This document shows, piece by piece, positions 9,477-17,812 of a DNA stretch of 53,485 nucleotides. This stretch comes from a virus. Lineage: Duplodnaviria > Caudoviricetes. The position numbers and the translations under genes were made by a program. The DNA lies in IMG/VR virus record IMGVR_UViG_3300025805_000002, positions 1 to 53,485 of that record. One strand, 5' to 3'. Positions within the stretch are counted from its first letter, which is position 1. Each line of letters opens with the position of its first letter. The notes below the pieces were generated by a model. The model had not been told where the DNA came from, did no database searches, and saw only the letters and a list, made by a program, of their open reading frames with translations.

Positions 9477-10040
9477 ATGGCCCGCGTCCATCACCGCAAA
9501 GCGCGCAAAGACTATCCCCAGGCCGGTATCCTGGCCGGGGAGATGTATTACTACACCAAGATCAAGACCGGCCCCTATTCGTCGAGAGAGCTTCGGTCCA
9601 AGACCCCGTTCACGCGGTCGCAACTCACGTCCTCGGAATACCTGAGCCAGCTTTACGACATCGAAGACTCGCTCGCGGCCTTGACCGACATCGGCGAGGC
9701 TCGTGACATCGCGGAACAGTTCCGCGACCTGGGCCAAGAGCAACAGGAGAAGCTGGACAACATGCCGGAAGGGCTCCAGGAGGGCGACACCGGCCAGATG
9801 ATCCGAGAGCGCGCCGAAGCCTGCGAGGCCGCCGCAGACCAGATCGAAGAGATCGTCGACGAGTGGGAGACCGCCCACGACGAATACCAGACCGCGCTGG
9901 CTGAATATGAAGAGGCCAAGATCGCTCTGGCGGAACAAGGCGACGCCGAGGAGTCGGACCACGATGACCTCGAAGAGCCGGAGGAACCCGACGATGACGA
10001 TTTCCTCTCCCGTATCCAAGAAGTGACCGCTGAAACCTGA
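9477..10040 (+). CDS. Hypothetical protein, basic N-terminus and acidic coiled-coil C-terminus
   Basis: Coupled ORF; LDNMPEGLQEGDTG motif. Confidence 0.75.
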   Translation: MARVHHRKARKDYPQAGILAGEMYYYTKIKTGPYSSRELRSKTPFTRSQLTSSEYLSQLYDIEDSLAALTDIGEARDIAEQFRDLGQEQQEKLDNMPEGLQEGDTGQMIRERAEACEAAADQIEEIVDEWETAHDEYQTALAEYEEAKIALAEQGDAEESDHDDLEEPEEPDDDDFLSRIQEVTAET

Positions 10041-10053
10041 AAGGACCGCCGCA

Positions 10054-10389
10054 ATGCACGTCAAGGAACTCTGCCGCACCGCTCACGAGGAAAGCCGCCG
10101 CAATGGCTGGTATGACGCCGAGCGGAACCTGGGCGAGATGATCGCCCTCATGCACTCCGAAGCCTCGGAGATGCTGGAGGCCATCCGCAAGCCCGACCCG
10201 GCCACCGGGGCGCCCAAGATGTCGGACAAGATTCCCGACTTCACGCTCCTGGAAGAAGAGGCCGCCGACCTTATGATCCGGCTGGCCGACTTCGCCGAGC
10301 ACACCAAGCTCCGGCTGGAAGACGCCATCTCGGCCAAGCTCGCGTTCAATCGGACGCGCGGCTACCGGCACGGTGGGCGGAAGTTCTGA
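10054..10389 (+). CDS. MazG-like NTP pyrophosphohydrolase
   Basis: IALMHSEASEMLEA...EEEAAD...K..FNRTRGYRHGG. Confidence 0.85.
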   Translation: MHVKELCRTAHEESRRNGWYDAERNLGEMIALMHSEASEMLEAIRKPDPATGAPKMSDKIPDFTLLEEEAADLMIRLADFAEHTKLRLEDAISAKLAFNRTRGYRHGGRKF

Positions 10390-10513
10390 CCATGGCGATC
10401 CAGCCCGACCCCGATCTGGAGTTCACATGCAAGTTCATGTGGACCCTGATCTCTGAAGAAGATCGCCGTCGAATCAAGGCCGGTGGGCCTGCCGTCAAGG
10501 AGAAGGAGAAGAA

Positions 10514-10969
10514 ATGACCGACCGAACCACCATTGCCGCGATGGCCCTCCAGGGCCTCCTGGCGAACCCGAACCATGGGGAGATCAGCTATGACGATCTG
10601 GCCGACATGGCCGTCGCACATGCCGATGCCCTCGTGACGGCCCTGGGCGGGGCTGTGGGCGTCGCCAGCGCCCCTGTGGCCCCCGTGGGGGACACGTCCC
10701 CCAATCTCCGCGCCCTCGGCGTCAGCGGGCGGGCTGCGGCCCCCCTGGAGCGCATGGGCGTCTACAGCATCGCCCAACTTGCCGTGCAGTCCCGAGCGGA
10801 CATCGCTGCGGTCAAGGGCGTCTCCACCGACACCATGAAGGTCCTGGACCGCCTGCTGGCCGAGAACGGCCTGTCCTGGGACTGGAAGCCCGGTGCCACC
10901 ACGCAACCCGCGCCCCCGACCGAAACCGTTTCGGAGCCGGAGGACGATGACCTGGAGGATGTCCTGTGA
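10514..10969 (+). CDS. Protein with RNA polymerase alpha-CTD-like helix-hairpin-helix domain
   Basis: [22 protein letters not shown]....[10 protein letters not shown]...[10 protein letters not shown] follows the alpha-CTD pattern. Confidence 0.6.
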   Translation: MTDRTTIAAMALQGLLANPNHGEISYDDLADMAVAHADALVTALGGAVGVASAPVAPVGDTSPNLRALGVSGRAAAPLERMGVYSIAQLAVQSRADIAAVKGVSTDTMKVLDRLLAENGLSWDWKPGATTQPAPPTETVSEPEDDDLEDVL

Positions 10970-11277
10970 CCAAGAAGCGCAAGGACGAAGACGATCTGGA
11001 AGACGTGCTCGGCACGGCTGGGCTTCAGGGGGGCGACAACGAGTCGACTGCTGCGGCCCAGGAACTTCGCCAGATCATCGAACAGATCGAGCATCTGGAA
11101 GAAGAGAAGAAGGCGATCTCGGATGACATCTCCGAGTTCTACAAGGCCGCCAAGGGCAAGGGTTACGACACCAAGATTCTGCGGAAGGTGATCGCGATCC
11201 GTAAGAAGCCCAAGGACGAGCGCGACGAGGAAGAGGCGATCCTGGAGATGTATCTGACCGCTCTCGGGATGAACTGA
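10966..11277 (+). CDS. gapR: GapR/DUF2312 nucleoid-associated protein
   Basis: [26 protein letters not shown]...[19 protein letters not shown]...[10 protein letters not shown]. Confidence 0.9.
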   Translation: MTKKRKDEDDLEDVLGTAGLQGGDNESTAAAQELRQIIEQIEHLEEEKKAISDDISEFYKAAKGKGYDTKILRKVIAIRKKPKDERDEEEAILEMYLTALGMN

Positions 11278-11278
11278 C

Positions 11279-11599
11279 ATGGCCGGGTTCCCCCTCACCG
11301 ATCCGAGGCGGTTCCCTGTGCCCCTGGGCGAGCTTCTGGCCCGCCTGGGGGAACGCGGCCATCTCTCCCACCTGAGCGTCGTCAAGACCTCTGACGGGAA
11401 CTGGCAGGCGTCCTGCAAGGTTGAAGGGGGCAAGGCTTATTCGGTCGCGATCAAGGCCGACATGATCCAGGCTATCCTGGAGGCCGTGGGACCCGGCTAC
11501 AATGGAGAGTGGGCCGACCTTCTCGGCCCCCGATACAAGGCCGCCTTCGATCTCGTCGAAGACGACACCGACGATGACCTGGAGGATGTGCTGGGATGA
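11279..11599 (+). CDS. Hypothetical protein with acidic DDDLEDVLG tail
   Basis: Coupled ORF. Confidence 0.75.
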   Translation: MAGFPLTDPRRFPVPLGELLARLGERGHLSHLSVVKTSDGNWQASCKVEGGKAYSVAIKADMIQAILEAVGPGYNGEWADLLGPRYKAAFDLVEDDTDDDLEDVLG

Positions 11600-11784
11600 C
11601 CGAACAACACGAATCGAGATGCCACCGCTGCGGCTCGCCGCTCCGCACCGTGACCGTGAAGGTCCCGGTCTACCTCGACCACATGGCGATGGTGAACGGG
11701 AAGCTGGAGGAACAGCGCGTCCTGGCCCGCTATGACGAGCAAGAAGAGACCGCCGACTGCGTTCGCTGCACGGGGGCATACTGA
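11596..11784 (+). CDS. Small Zn-ribbon protein
   Basis: CHRC and CVRC motifs; ATGA overlap. Confidence 0.65.
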   Translation: MTEQHESRCHRCGSPLRTVTVKVPVYLDHMAMVNGKLEEQRVLARYDEQEETADCVRCTGAY

Positions 11785-11785
11785 C

Positions 11786-12406
11786 ATGACCAAGCGCACC
11801 GCTGGACAGTATGCTCGCGCTGCGCGAGATTTCTACGCGACCCCCGAGGCCGCGATCCTGAAGCTCTTGCCACACATCGGCGAGATCGAGACCTTTGCCG
11901 AGCCCATGTGCGGCGATGGCGCGATCCCCCGAACCCTGGAGCCCTTGGGCTGGCGTTGCACCGCCGCCTGGGACATCGAACCGCAAGGGGAGATGGTCGG
12001 CAGGGCTGGCGTCTACGACGTGCTCATGCTCCAGGCCAAGGACTTCAAAGGCTGCGACGCCATCATCTCGAACCCGCCGTGGCCTTGGCCGTCCAACATG
12101 CGAGGCGGCCAGCCCGAGGGGACCCCGACGATCCAGATCATCCAGCATCTCATGGCGATCCGACCGACGTGGTTGATCCTCTCGGCGGACTTCATGCACA
12201 ACCGCTACTTCGAGTCGTTCGCTCCGCATTGCCCCAAAATCGTTTCGGCAGGCCGTGTGAAGTGGATGGCAGGGACCAAGAACACCGGCTTCGACAACGC
12301 AGCATGGTATCTCTTCGACCAGTTCCACCACGGCGACGGCCCGACCTTGGTGGCGAATACCGAATCTGCCGTCAGCTATCACCCGAGCATCGAAGGAGTC
12401 CTGTGA
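11786..12406 (+). CDS. Putative amino-DNA methyltransferase
   Basis: RDFYATP, EPMCGDG (motif I), IISNPPW (motif IV). Confidence 0.75.
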   Translation: MTKRTAGQYARAARDFYATPEAAILKLLPHIGEIETFAEPMCGDGAIPRTLEPLGWRCTAAWDIEPQGEMVGRAGVYDVLMLQAKDFKGCDAIISNPPWPWPSNMRGGQPEGTPTIQIIQHLMAIRPTWLILSADFMHNRYFESFAPHCPKIVSAGRVKWMAGTKNTGFDNAAWYLFDQFHHGDGPTLVANTESAVSYHPSIEGVL

Positions 12407-13089
12407 TGCCCCCCACCGAGAACCCGATCCCCCTGGTTCGCTTGATCTGGGCGACCCCGAACGGGGAAGACCTCCTGACCTACATCGCCAAGGTCTCGAA
12501 CCCCGCGAAGCAAGACGAACCGGCTCCGCGCCTGATCCGCTACCTCATGGAGCACGGCCACTGGTCGCCCTTCGAGATGGTCAACGTCTGTTTCGAGGTC
12601 AACACGACGCGCGACATCGGGCGACAGTTCCTGCGGCACTGGACCATGCGCCCGCAGGAGTTCAGCCAGCGGTATCAGGATGTGACGTTGCTGGGCGATC
12701 CCGTCTACCGGGAAGCCCGGACGCAGCACCCGACGAACCGGCAAGCCAGCATCCCGAGCGACGATCTGGAACTCCAGACGTGGTGGGATCAGGCCCAGGG
12801 GCGCGTCTGGGGGCTTGCCGTCGAGACCTACCGGCAGGCGCTGGAGAAGGGGATCGCGAAGGAGGTTGCCCGCGTGGTGATGCCGGAAGGCATGACCCGC
12901 TCCAAGCTCTATTTCAACGCCCCGCTCCGCACCATCCTGCACATGGTCCCGGTGCGATCCAAGGCCCACGGTGCCCAGGACGAGGCGGTCGAGATCGCCA
13001 AGGCCATCGCGGGGCTCGTCAAGGACGAGTTCCCCAACACCTTCGCGGCCTGGAAGGAGTTTGTCCTGAAAGGGGTGGACGTGGAATGA
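12406..13089 (+). CDS. thyX: Flavin-dependent thymidylate synthase
   Basis: GHWSPFE, RH-W-x7-SQRY, KEVARVVMP, AQDE. Confidence 0.92.
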   Translation: MPPTENPIPLVRLIWATPNGEDLLTYIAKVSNPAKQDEPAPRLIRYLMEHGHWSPFEMVNVCFEVNTTRDIGRQFLRHWTMRPQEFSQRYQDVTLLGDPVYREARTQHPTNRQASIPSDDLELQTWWDQAQGRVWGLAVETYRQALEKGIAKEVARVVMPEGMTRSKLYFNAPLRTILHMVPVRSKAHGAQDEAVEIAKAIAGLVKDEFPNTFAAWKEFVLKGVDVE

Positions 13090-13475
13090 TGACCTCGGAG
13101 GAATGGAACGACAAGCCTCCGGGGCACCCTGAAGCGGCCTCGGGGGCCAAGCGCGAGAAGCTGAACGCGCTGCCCTATGACCTGATCCCCTACCAGGGGA
13201 TCACCGACGCCTTTGTGCGCGTGGCCGAGTTCGGCGCGATCAAGTATGCGCCCTGGAACTGGAGCAAGGGCCTAGCCCGCGTCCAGCTTCTGGGGTCGCT
13301 GCTGCGTCACGCCTTCGCCTATCTCCGGGGCGAAGAGCGCGACAAGGACTCCGGCCTGCTGCACACCGACCACATCCTCTGGAACGCGGCGGTGCTGGCC
13401 CACAACGTCCACTGGAACCTGGAGGACGGTCGCCGCGCCGAGCCGCCCAGAGCTTACAAGGGAGAGCCAGAATGA
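13086..13475 (+). CDS. DUF5664 dATP/dGTP diphosphohydrolase-like protein
   Basis: YDLIP...FGAIKYAPWNWSKG...SLLRH...GEERDKDSGLLH.DHILWN. Confidence 0.8.
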   Translation: MMTSEEWNDKPPGHPEAASGAKREKLNALPYDLIPYQGITDAFVRVAEFGAIKYAPWNWSKGLARVQLLGSLLRHAFAYLRGEERDKDSGLLHTDHILWNAAVLAHNVHWNLEDGRRAEPPRAYKGEPE

Positions 13476-13699
13476 TCGAGCGGCAGCACGGGGAACAGAC
13501 CCTGATCTGCGACGAGTGCCAGGACGAGCTTGGCGAGTCGTTCCCGAAGTCCGAGTTCTCGGCCATGGTCGCTCACGCGAAGGCCGAGGGCTGGAGCATC
13601 AAGCCTGAAGGCCAAGGAGGATGGTGGCACACCTGCCCCGACTGCGCCGGTTCAACCTTGACCCCGCTGGAGAAAGCTCGCAAGCTCTTCAGCCAGTAG
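13472..13699 (+). CDS. Small Zn-finger protein
   Basis: CDEC and CPDC motifs. Confidence 0.7.
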   Translation: MIERQHGEQTLICDECQDELGESFPKSEFSAMVAHAKAEGWSIKPEGQGGWWHTCPDCAGSTLTPLEKARKLFSQ

Positions 13700-13727
13700 A
13701 TACGCCCCTGGGGGGGGGTAACATGCA

Positions 13728-14468
13728 ATGCAAAACGTCCACCGGCTTCGCGCCATCCGCTTCCTGACTGAGCAACAGACTGTCACGGCCCTTGCCTTTT
13801 ACCAAGACCCGAACCGCTTCCGCCTCGCGCCGACGCTGTTCGGGGTCCTCCACGAGATCATCATCCAGGGCGAACCGCTGGAGAAGATCGAAGAGCGCCG
13901 GGGATGGCCCGCTCGCTCGGCCAAGGCGATCCTGAGCGTCCTCCTGCACTCCCTGGAAGAGACCCGAGGCACCTTCTGGTGTGACCCGGATGTTTCCGAG
14001 AGCGTCGAAGAGATGAAGGCCACGGTCGAATACATCACGGGGGACAGCCTCACAGACCAGGGCGAGGTCATGCAGCGGTTCGGTGCAACGCAGAAAGAAG
14101 CCAAGCTCTTTCTGATCCTGGAGAGGGCCAAGGGTTCGGTCGTGAGCAAGGATCAGATTCTGACCCGCCTCTACGACGCTCGGCGGATCGACGAGGTTCC
14201 TGACCTGAAGATCGTCGACGTGTTCATCTGCAAGCTGCGGGCAAAGATCGAACCCAAGGGCTACAAGATCAAGACCCTCTGGGGTGCGGGATACAGTTTG
14301 CACCATGAGACGGATACCGACATCGCCAAGCGCGACGCCGAGTGGTTTGATCTTCACAAGGGCGGAACCGGCCAGTCCATGCGAGAGATCGCCCGCAGAG
14401 CCCACGTTCAACCGTCGGCCGTTATGCGGGCGATCCACCGAGAAGACGCGCGGCGGCAGCGGGCCTAG
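13728..14468 (+). CDS. Transcription regulator: GafA/DUF6456-like N-terminus, CtrA-like winged helix, C-terminal HTH
   Basis: LEKIEERRGWPARSAKAIL; LKIVDVFICKLR...IKTLWGAGYSL; SMREIARRAHVQPSAV. Confidence 0.75.
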   Translation: MQNVHRLRAIRFLTEQQTVTALAFYQDPNRFRLAPTLFGVLHEIIIQGEPLEKIEERRGWPARSAKAILSVLLHSLEETRGTFWCDPDVSESVEEMKATVEYITGDSLTDQGEVMQRFGATQKEAKLFLILERAKGSVVSKDQILTRLYDARRIDEVPDLKIVDVFICKLRAKIEPKGYKIKTLWGAGYSLHHETDTDIAKRDAEWFDLHKGGTGQSMREIARRAHVQPSAVMRAIHREDARRQRA

Positions 14469-14758
14469 CCGAACAGCGTCTCGCCGCCGATGTAGACATC
14501 CGACTCGCGCCCCTCGACCCTGGACTTGATCCAGATCGAGGGGTAGGCGGGGCTGGGGATGAACACGCGGGACTCTCCGTCCAGGATCAGAAAACCGTCG
14601 TCCTCGTGCTCCGGGGTCTCGGTGCAGACCAGGATCGGCCCGCCATTGCGGACCTGAACCCGGCGAGCACCGTCCAGGACGATGGGGTCGCTCCAGGGTG
14701 CTCGGTCCTGAAGGCGATACTATCCGAGAGACCTCGAAGGATCAATCGTTACAGCCAA
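14465..14758 (-). pseudogene. ORF interrupted by in-frame TAG at 14720-14722
   Basis: TTG-AVTIDPSRSLG*YRLQDRAPWSDPIVLDGARRVQVRNGG...GETLFG*; the 84 codons after the TAG are protein-like and lack an early start. Confidence 0.45.
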
Positions 14759-14850
14759 GTCAAGACCAAAAGGACTGCCGAGAGGACAAAGGCCGCCCCG
14801 GCGATCCACATGAAGCGGTTCAGAAGCCGCCGGAACGTATCATCATCCAT
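14749..14850 (-). CDS. 33-aa single-TM protein in the lysis region
   Basis: MDDDTFRRLLNRFMWIAGAAFVLSAVLLVLTWL; overlaps the upstream gene end. Confidence 0.55.
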   Translation of the reverse strand: MDDDTFRRLLNRFMWIAGAAFVLSAVLLVLTWL

Positions 14851-15160
14851 GGCGCGGAAGCTCCAGGGGAGGGATTTCCACGCTATGGGCTTTCAGGAGA
14901 CCTTCCAAGACCCCGACGTGCCGAACGTAGGCGCGAAGCTCCGTCCTTGTCATCTCTAGCTCTTGCTCTTGACGGAGCAAGCGATTCTCCAGAGCCGAGA
15001 TGTGCTCGACGAACTGCGCCTCCAGCTTCGTCCGCTCCTGGGTTTGCCATTCGCGTTCGTGTTGTTCATGCAGGTCCATCCGGAAGAGCATCCATTTGAT
15101 GCCCCCGCCGAAGGCCACGAGGATGCCCGTGAAGGCAGTCAAGATTGCAGGCCAGTCCAT
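14843..15160 (-). CDS. Putative holin or membrane coiled-coil lysis protein
   Basis: N-terminal TM (WPAILTAFTGILVAFGGGIKW) plus coiled coil; in the lysis cassette. Confidence 0.55.
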   Translation of the reverse strand: MDWPAILTAFTGILVAFGGGIKWMLFRMDLHEQHEREWQTQERTKLEAQFVEHISALENRLLRQEQELEMTRTELRAYVRHVGVLEGLLKAHSVEIPPLELPRHG

Positions 15161-15447
15161 CAATTCAGGTTCTCCGCGTTGCCTGTGGCGGTGGTGTAGA
15201 AGGCCGCCGTGCGACGCTGCAAGCGACGACATTCGGCCAGGGCTTGACGATGCTCGACCAAAGCGACCAAGGCATCCGGGTTGATAGGCAGCGGCGGGCA
15301 TCCGTCCTCCATCTGTCTCGGCAAGTCCGGGAAGCTGGGGCGTTCAGCTTCCGGGAGGTTCCTATTCGATGTCGCGCAAGCGGCGCAGAACATCGCCAGG
15401 GATAGGGCAAGACTGCCCCGAATCGCTGATCTGTTCAAGAAGCCCAT
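15160..15447 (-). CDS. o-spanin (Rz1-like lipoprotein)
   Basis: Lipobox-like LAMFCAAC, Pro-rich segment, overlaps the i-spanin 3' end. Confidence 0.7.
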   Translation of the reverse strand: MGFLNRSAIRGSLALSLAMFCAACATSNRNLPEAERPSFPDLPRQMEDGCPPLPINPDALVALVEHRQALAECRRLQRRTAAFYTTATGNAENLN

Positions 15448-15715
15448 CGGCCATCTCCCTGAGTTGGGCGATCTCTCGTTCGGCTTCAGCACGGGAACGC
15501 TCGGCCTCGGCCAAGGTTTCCTGCATCGCCCTCTGGAGTCGATCACGTTCTGCGGCGGCAGCGGCTTGGGCATCTTCGACGCACTGAGCTTCCGCGATCC
15601 GGCGAGCATCCTCGGCAGCGTCATGCCGCTGCCAGGAGATGAAGCCGAGGACCGCCACACCGATCAGGATGTAGCGGACCACGGGGGAAGCCAGTGCGGC
15701 GACGAGGTTCATCAC
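15362..15715 (-). CDS. i-spanin (Rz-like)
   Basis: N-terminal TM, coiled coil, C-terminal Cys. Confidence 0.75.
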   Translation of the reverse strand: MMNLVAALASPVVRYILIGVAVLGFISWQRHDAAEDARRIAEAQCVEDAQAAAAAERDRLQRAMQETLAEAERSRAEAEREIAQLREMADGLLEQISDSGQSCPIPGDVLRRLRDIE

Positions 15716-16917
15716 CGCCCCCTGTTCGCACCGGAACGATGATCGTCCAGGCGAATCTTCTTGATGATCCCAGAACGCCAGACCACAAGGGCACCGACCC
15801 CCAGGAGCGCCAAGAACCAGTATTCCTGCATGAAGCTGGCGAAGGGGTCGAGGACTTCCCGGAACCGCTCCAGAAGCCCCACGGCGCGCTCTCCCTGGCC
15901 CGCAGCCGAATCGGCAGCGTCCAGGACTTCCGCGACCGTCCCGACCGCGCCACCGGCAGCGAGGATGCCTCCACCGATCTGGGTGGCGTCGGCTTCTTTC
16001 ACGGTGCGGGAACCTCGCTCGCGAAGGTCCGAAACGGTTTCGTCGGCGCGGGCCTCGGCGACGGGGTTGTTGTTGCCGCCCGACAGGAGCGCCGTCCAGG
16101 TCGGCTGGTCCACAAGCCCCGTCACACCGAGGCCATGGTCTTCCTGGAACGAGAGCACGGCAGCGGCAGTCGCCCCACCGAAGTCACCGTCGATCCGCCC
16201 CACGGGGTAGTTCGCAGCGTGAAGAAGTTCCTGGAGATGCTGCACCAAGAAGCCGGAGTGCCCGCGACGCAGGACGGGGTAGAGGACGTTCACGCCATCG
16301 GGGACCCAGGCCGTATCCCGGATGCCCCGCCACTTGCGATAGGCGGCCTCCAGGCGACCGTGATAGTTGTGGACCGCATAGCCGGGGCCATTGTAGACCC
16401 GCGCCACGGTCTCCCAGCGGTGCGCCCGCAGATCGTCGTCGATGTTGTTGGCAATGATGAAGTCGATCATCGCCTGGATGTGCAGCGCCTCGTCATCCAT
16501 GAACGCCTGGACCATCTCGAAGACGGAGGCGAAGTTGCAGATGCTGAAGTTCTCGCCGAGGATTTGTCCGCGACCCCAGGACGCGGCCTTCAGAGCCGCC
16601 TCGGCATTGATGACCATGGCCTGCCGCAGCCGGGGGTAGGAGTCGGTCGGATAGTTGCCAGAGCGCCACTTCGGATAGGCCAGCCCCTGGGCGACCGCGT
16701 GATCCCGATCCGCACCGGACAGGTTCCGGTAGAAGACGTGCGGCTCGAAGAGCATCTTGGGGCGACCTTGGGCGTCGAAGCCCGAGCCGCCCGCCTCCAC
16801 TTCCATGAGGGCGTGGACTTCATCTTCGCCGACGCCGATGACCGATCCGATCCGGGGTATGTCGAGGTCGTCGATCCGTTCGGCACGGCCTCTGAAGTCC
16901 TGGGGATTGAGTTCCAT
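15712..16917 (-). CDS. Endolysin: DUF3380 N-acetylmuramidase, PG-binding domain, C-terminal TM segments
   Basis: VEAGGSGF...PKMLFEPHVF, SWGRGQILGEN, YNGPGY; LRRG...DGDFG..T..AV..FQ. Confidence 0.88.
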   Translation of the reverse strand: MELNPQDFRGRAERIDDLDIPRIGSVIGVGEDEVHALMEVEAGGSGFDAQGRPKMLFEPHVFYRNLSGADRDHAVAQGLAYPKWRSGNYPTDSYPRLRQAMVINAEAALKAASWGRGQILGENFSICNFASVFEMVQAFMDDEALHIQAMIDFIIANNIDDDLRAHRWETVARVYNGPGYAVHNYHGRLEAAYRKWRGIRDTAWVPDGVNVLYPVLRRGHSGFLVQHLQELLHAANYPVGRIDGDFGGATAAAVLSFQEDHGLGVTGLVDQPTWTALLSGGNNNPVAEARADETVSDLRERGSRTVKEADATQIGGGILAAGGAVGTVAEVLDAADSAAGQGERAVGLLERFREVLDPFASFMQEYWFLALLGVGALVVWRSGIIKKIRLDDHRSGANRGR

Positions 16918-17009
16918 TGAGTCCTCCTGTGCTGACAGTAGTGCATCGGGACCAGATGACACAACCTCTAGATGATTAACTGCGACATCAAAACGGTTTC
17001 GTCTTTCGC

Positions 17010-17798
17010 TTACGGCACCATGAAGCCGTTGAAGTGGTTAACGTCCGCCGTCACGGCGCAGATTTTCGTCGCAGCATAAGCCTGAACGCGAACGATGTCA
17101 CCTGCCGTCAGCTTCAAGACTGCGGTGCAGGAAACCGAGGCGAAGTCGCCGAACGTCGAACCCATCCGATGATGGGCGTTGTTGGCAGGAGCCGCGCCGT
17201 TGACCCCGAAACCGACACCGATCCAGTCGGGAAGGACGGCTCCCTCCACGCTCATAACCCAGGCCGCGTTGAACGTGTAGTAGCCCGTGGTGGGTGCCGT
17301 GAAGGCCCCCGTTCCGGCGGCGAAGTCACCCTGGTCGTTGTGGACGGCGTTGTTGAACGGAACCGTCGTCCAGGTGTCCGCTGCCGAGATGACGAATCGG
17401 TAGTTCAGGAACGCCTGGAACTTGGTGTTGCCGGGAGCCGAGATCGTCTCCAGGAGAAGCGCCCAGCCCGTGTCGTAGCGGTAGTAGACCCCCTCGTCCT
17501 CGACGTAGGCGATCAGGCCCGTCAGCGCGTCCAGGTAGACCCACGCCCCGTTGTCGCGCACCGCGATCTTGCCGTCCTGGGTCGCCCAGGTGCCGGTCGC
17601 GCCTTGCCCCACGATGTAGATGTCCCCGTTGCTCGGAGACCCCGGCGCGGTCGTCAGGTCCTTGTCGATCACCGAAAGCTGGGCCAAGGCAGACAACCGC
17701 CGGAGGTTCCCGTCCATGCCGGGATCGCCGTGCCAGCCGTCTTCCTCGTATGCCCAGAAGCCTTGGAGTCCAAGTCCAGGAAGGGTTCTCGAAGCCAT
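17010..17798 (-). CDS. Tail fibre or receptor-binding protein (DUF2793 plus C1q-like domain)
   Basis: LTTAPGSPSNGDIYIV...ATGTW; GAFTAPTTGYYTF and LKLTAGDIVRV C1q-type strands. Confidence 0.7.
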   Translation of the reverse strand: MASRTLPGLGLQGFWAYEEDGWHGDPGMDGNLRRLSALAQLSVIDKDLTTAPGSPSNGDIYIVGQGATGTWATQDGKIAVRDNGAWVYLDALTGLIAYVEDEGVYYRYDTGWALLLETISAPGNTKFQAFLNYRFVISAADTWTTVPFNNAVHNDQGDFAAGTGAFTAPTTGYYTFNAAWVMSVEGAVLPDWIGVGFGVNGAAPANNAHHRMGSTFGDFASVSCTAVLKLTAGDIVRVQAYAATKICAVTADVNHFNGFMVP

Positions 17799-17812
17799 AT
17801 CTCGTTCTCCTA

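Noticed and set aside
6620-9478. 952-aa antisense ORF, and similar long opposite-strand ORFs (21039-23357, 23393-26308, 26435-29884, 37622-40012, 43684-46467)
   Set aside because: Shadow ORFs mirroring GC3-rich real genes; no motifs or SD
4701-13475. Aminoadenine (Z) genome pathway
   Set aside because: No PurZ/PurA-like ORF in the window
16970-17045. CtrA boxes near the lysis genes
   Set aside because: Only isolated TTAAC half-sites; no TTAA-N7-TTAA found by eye
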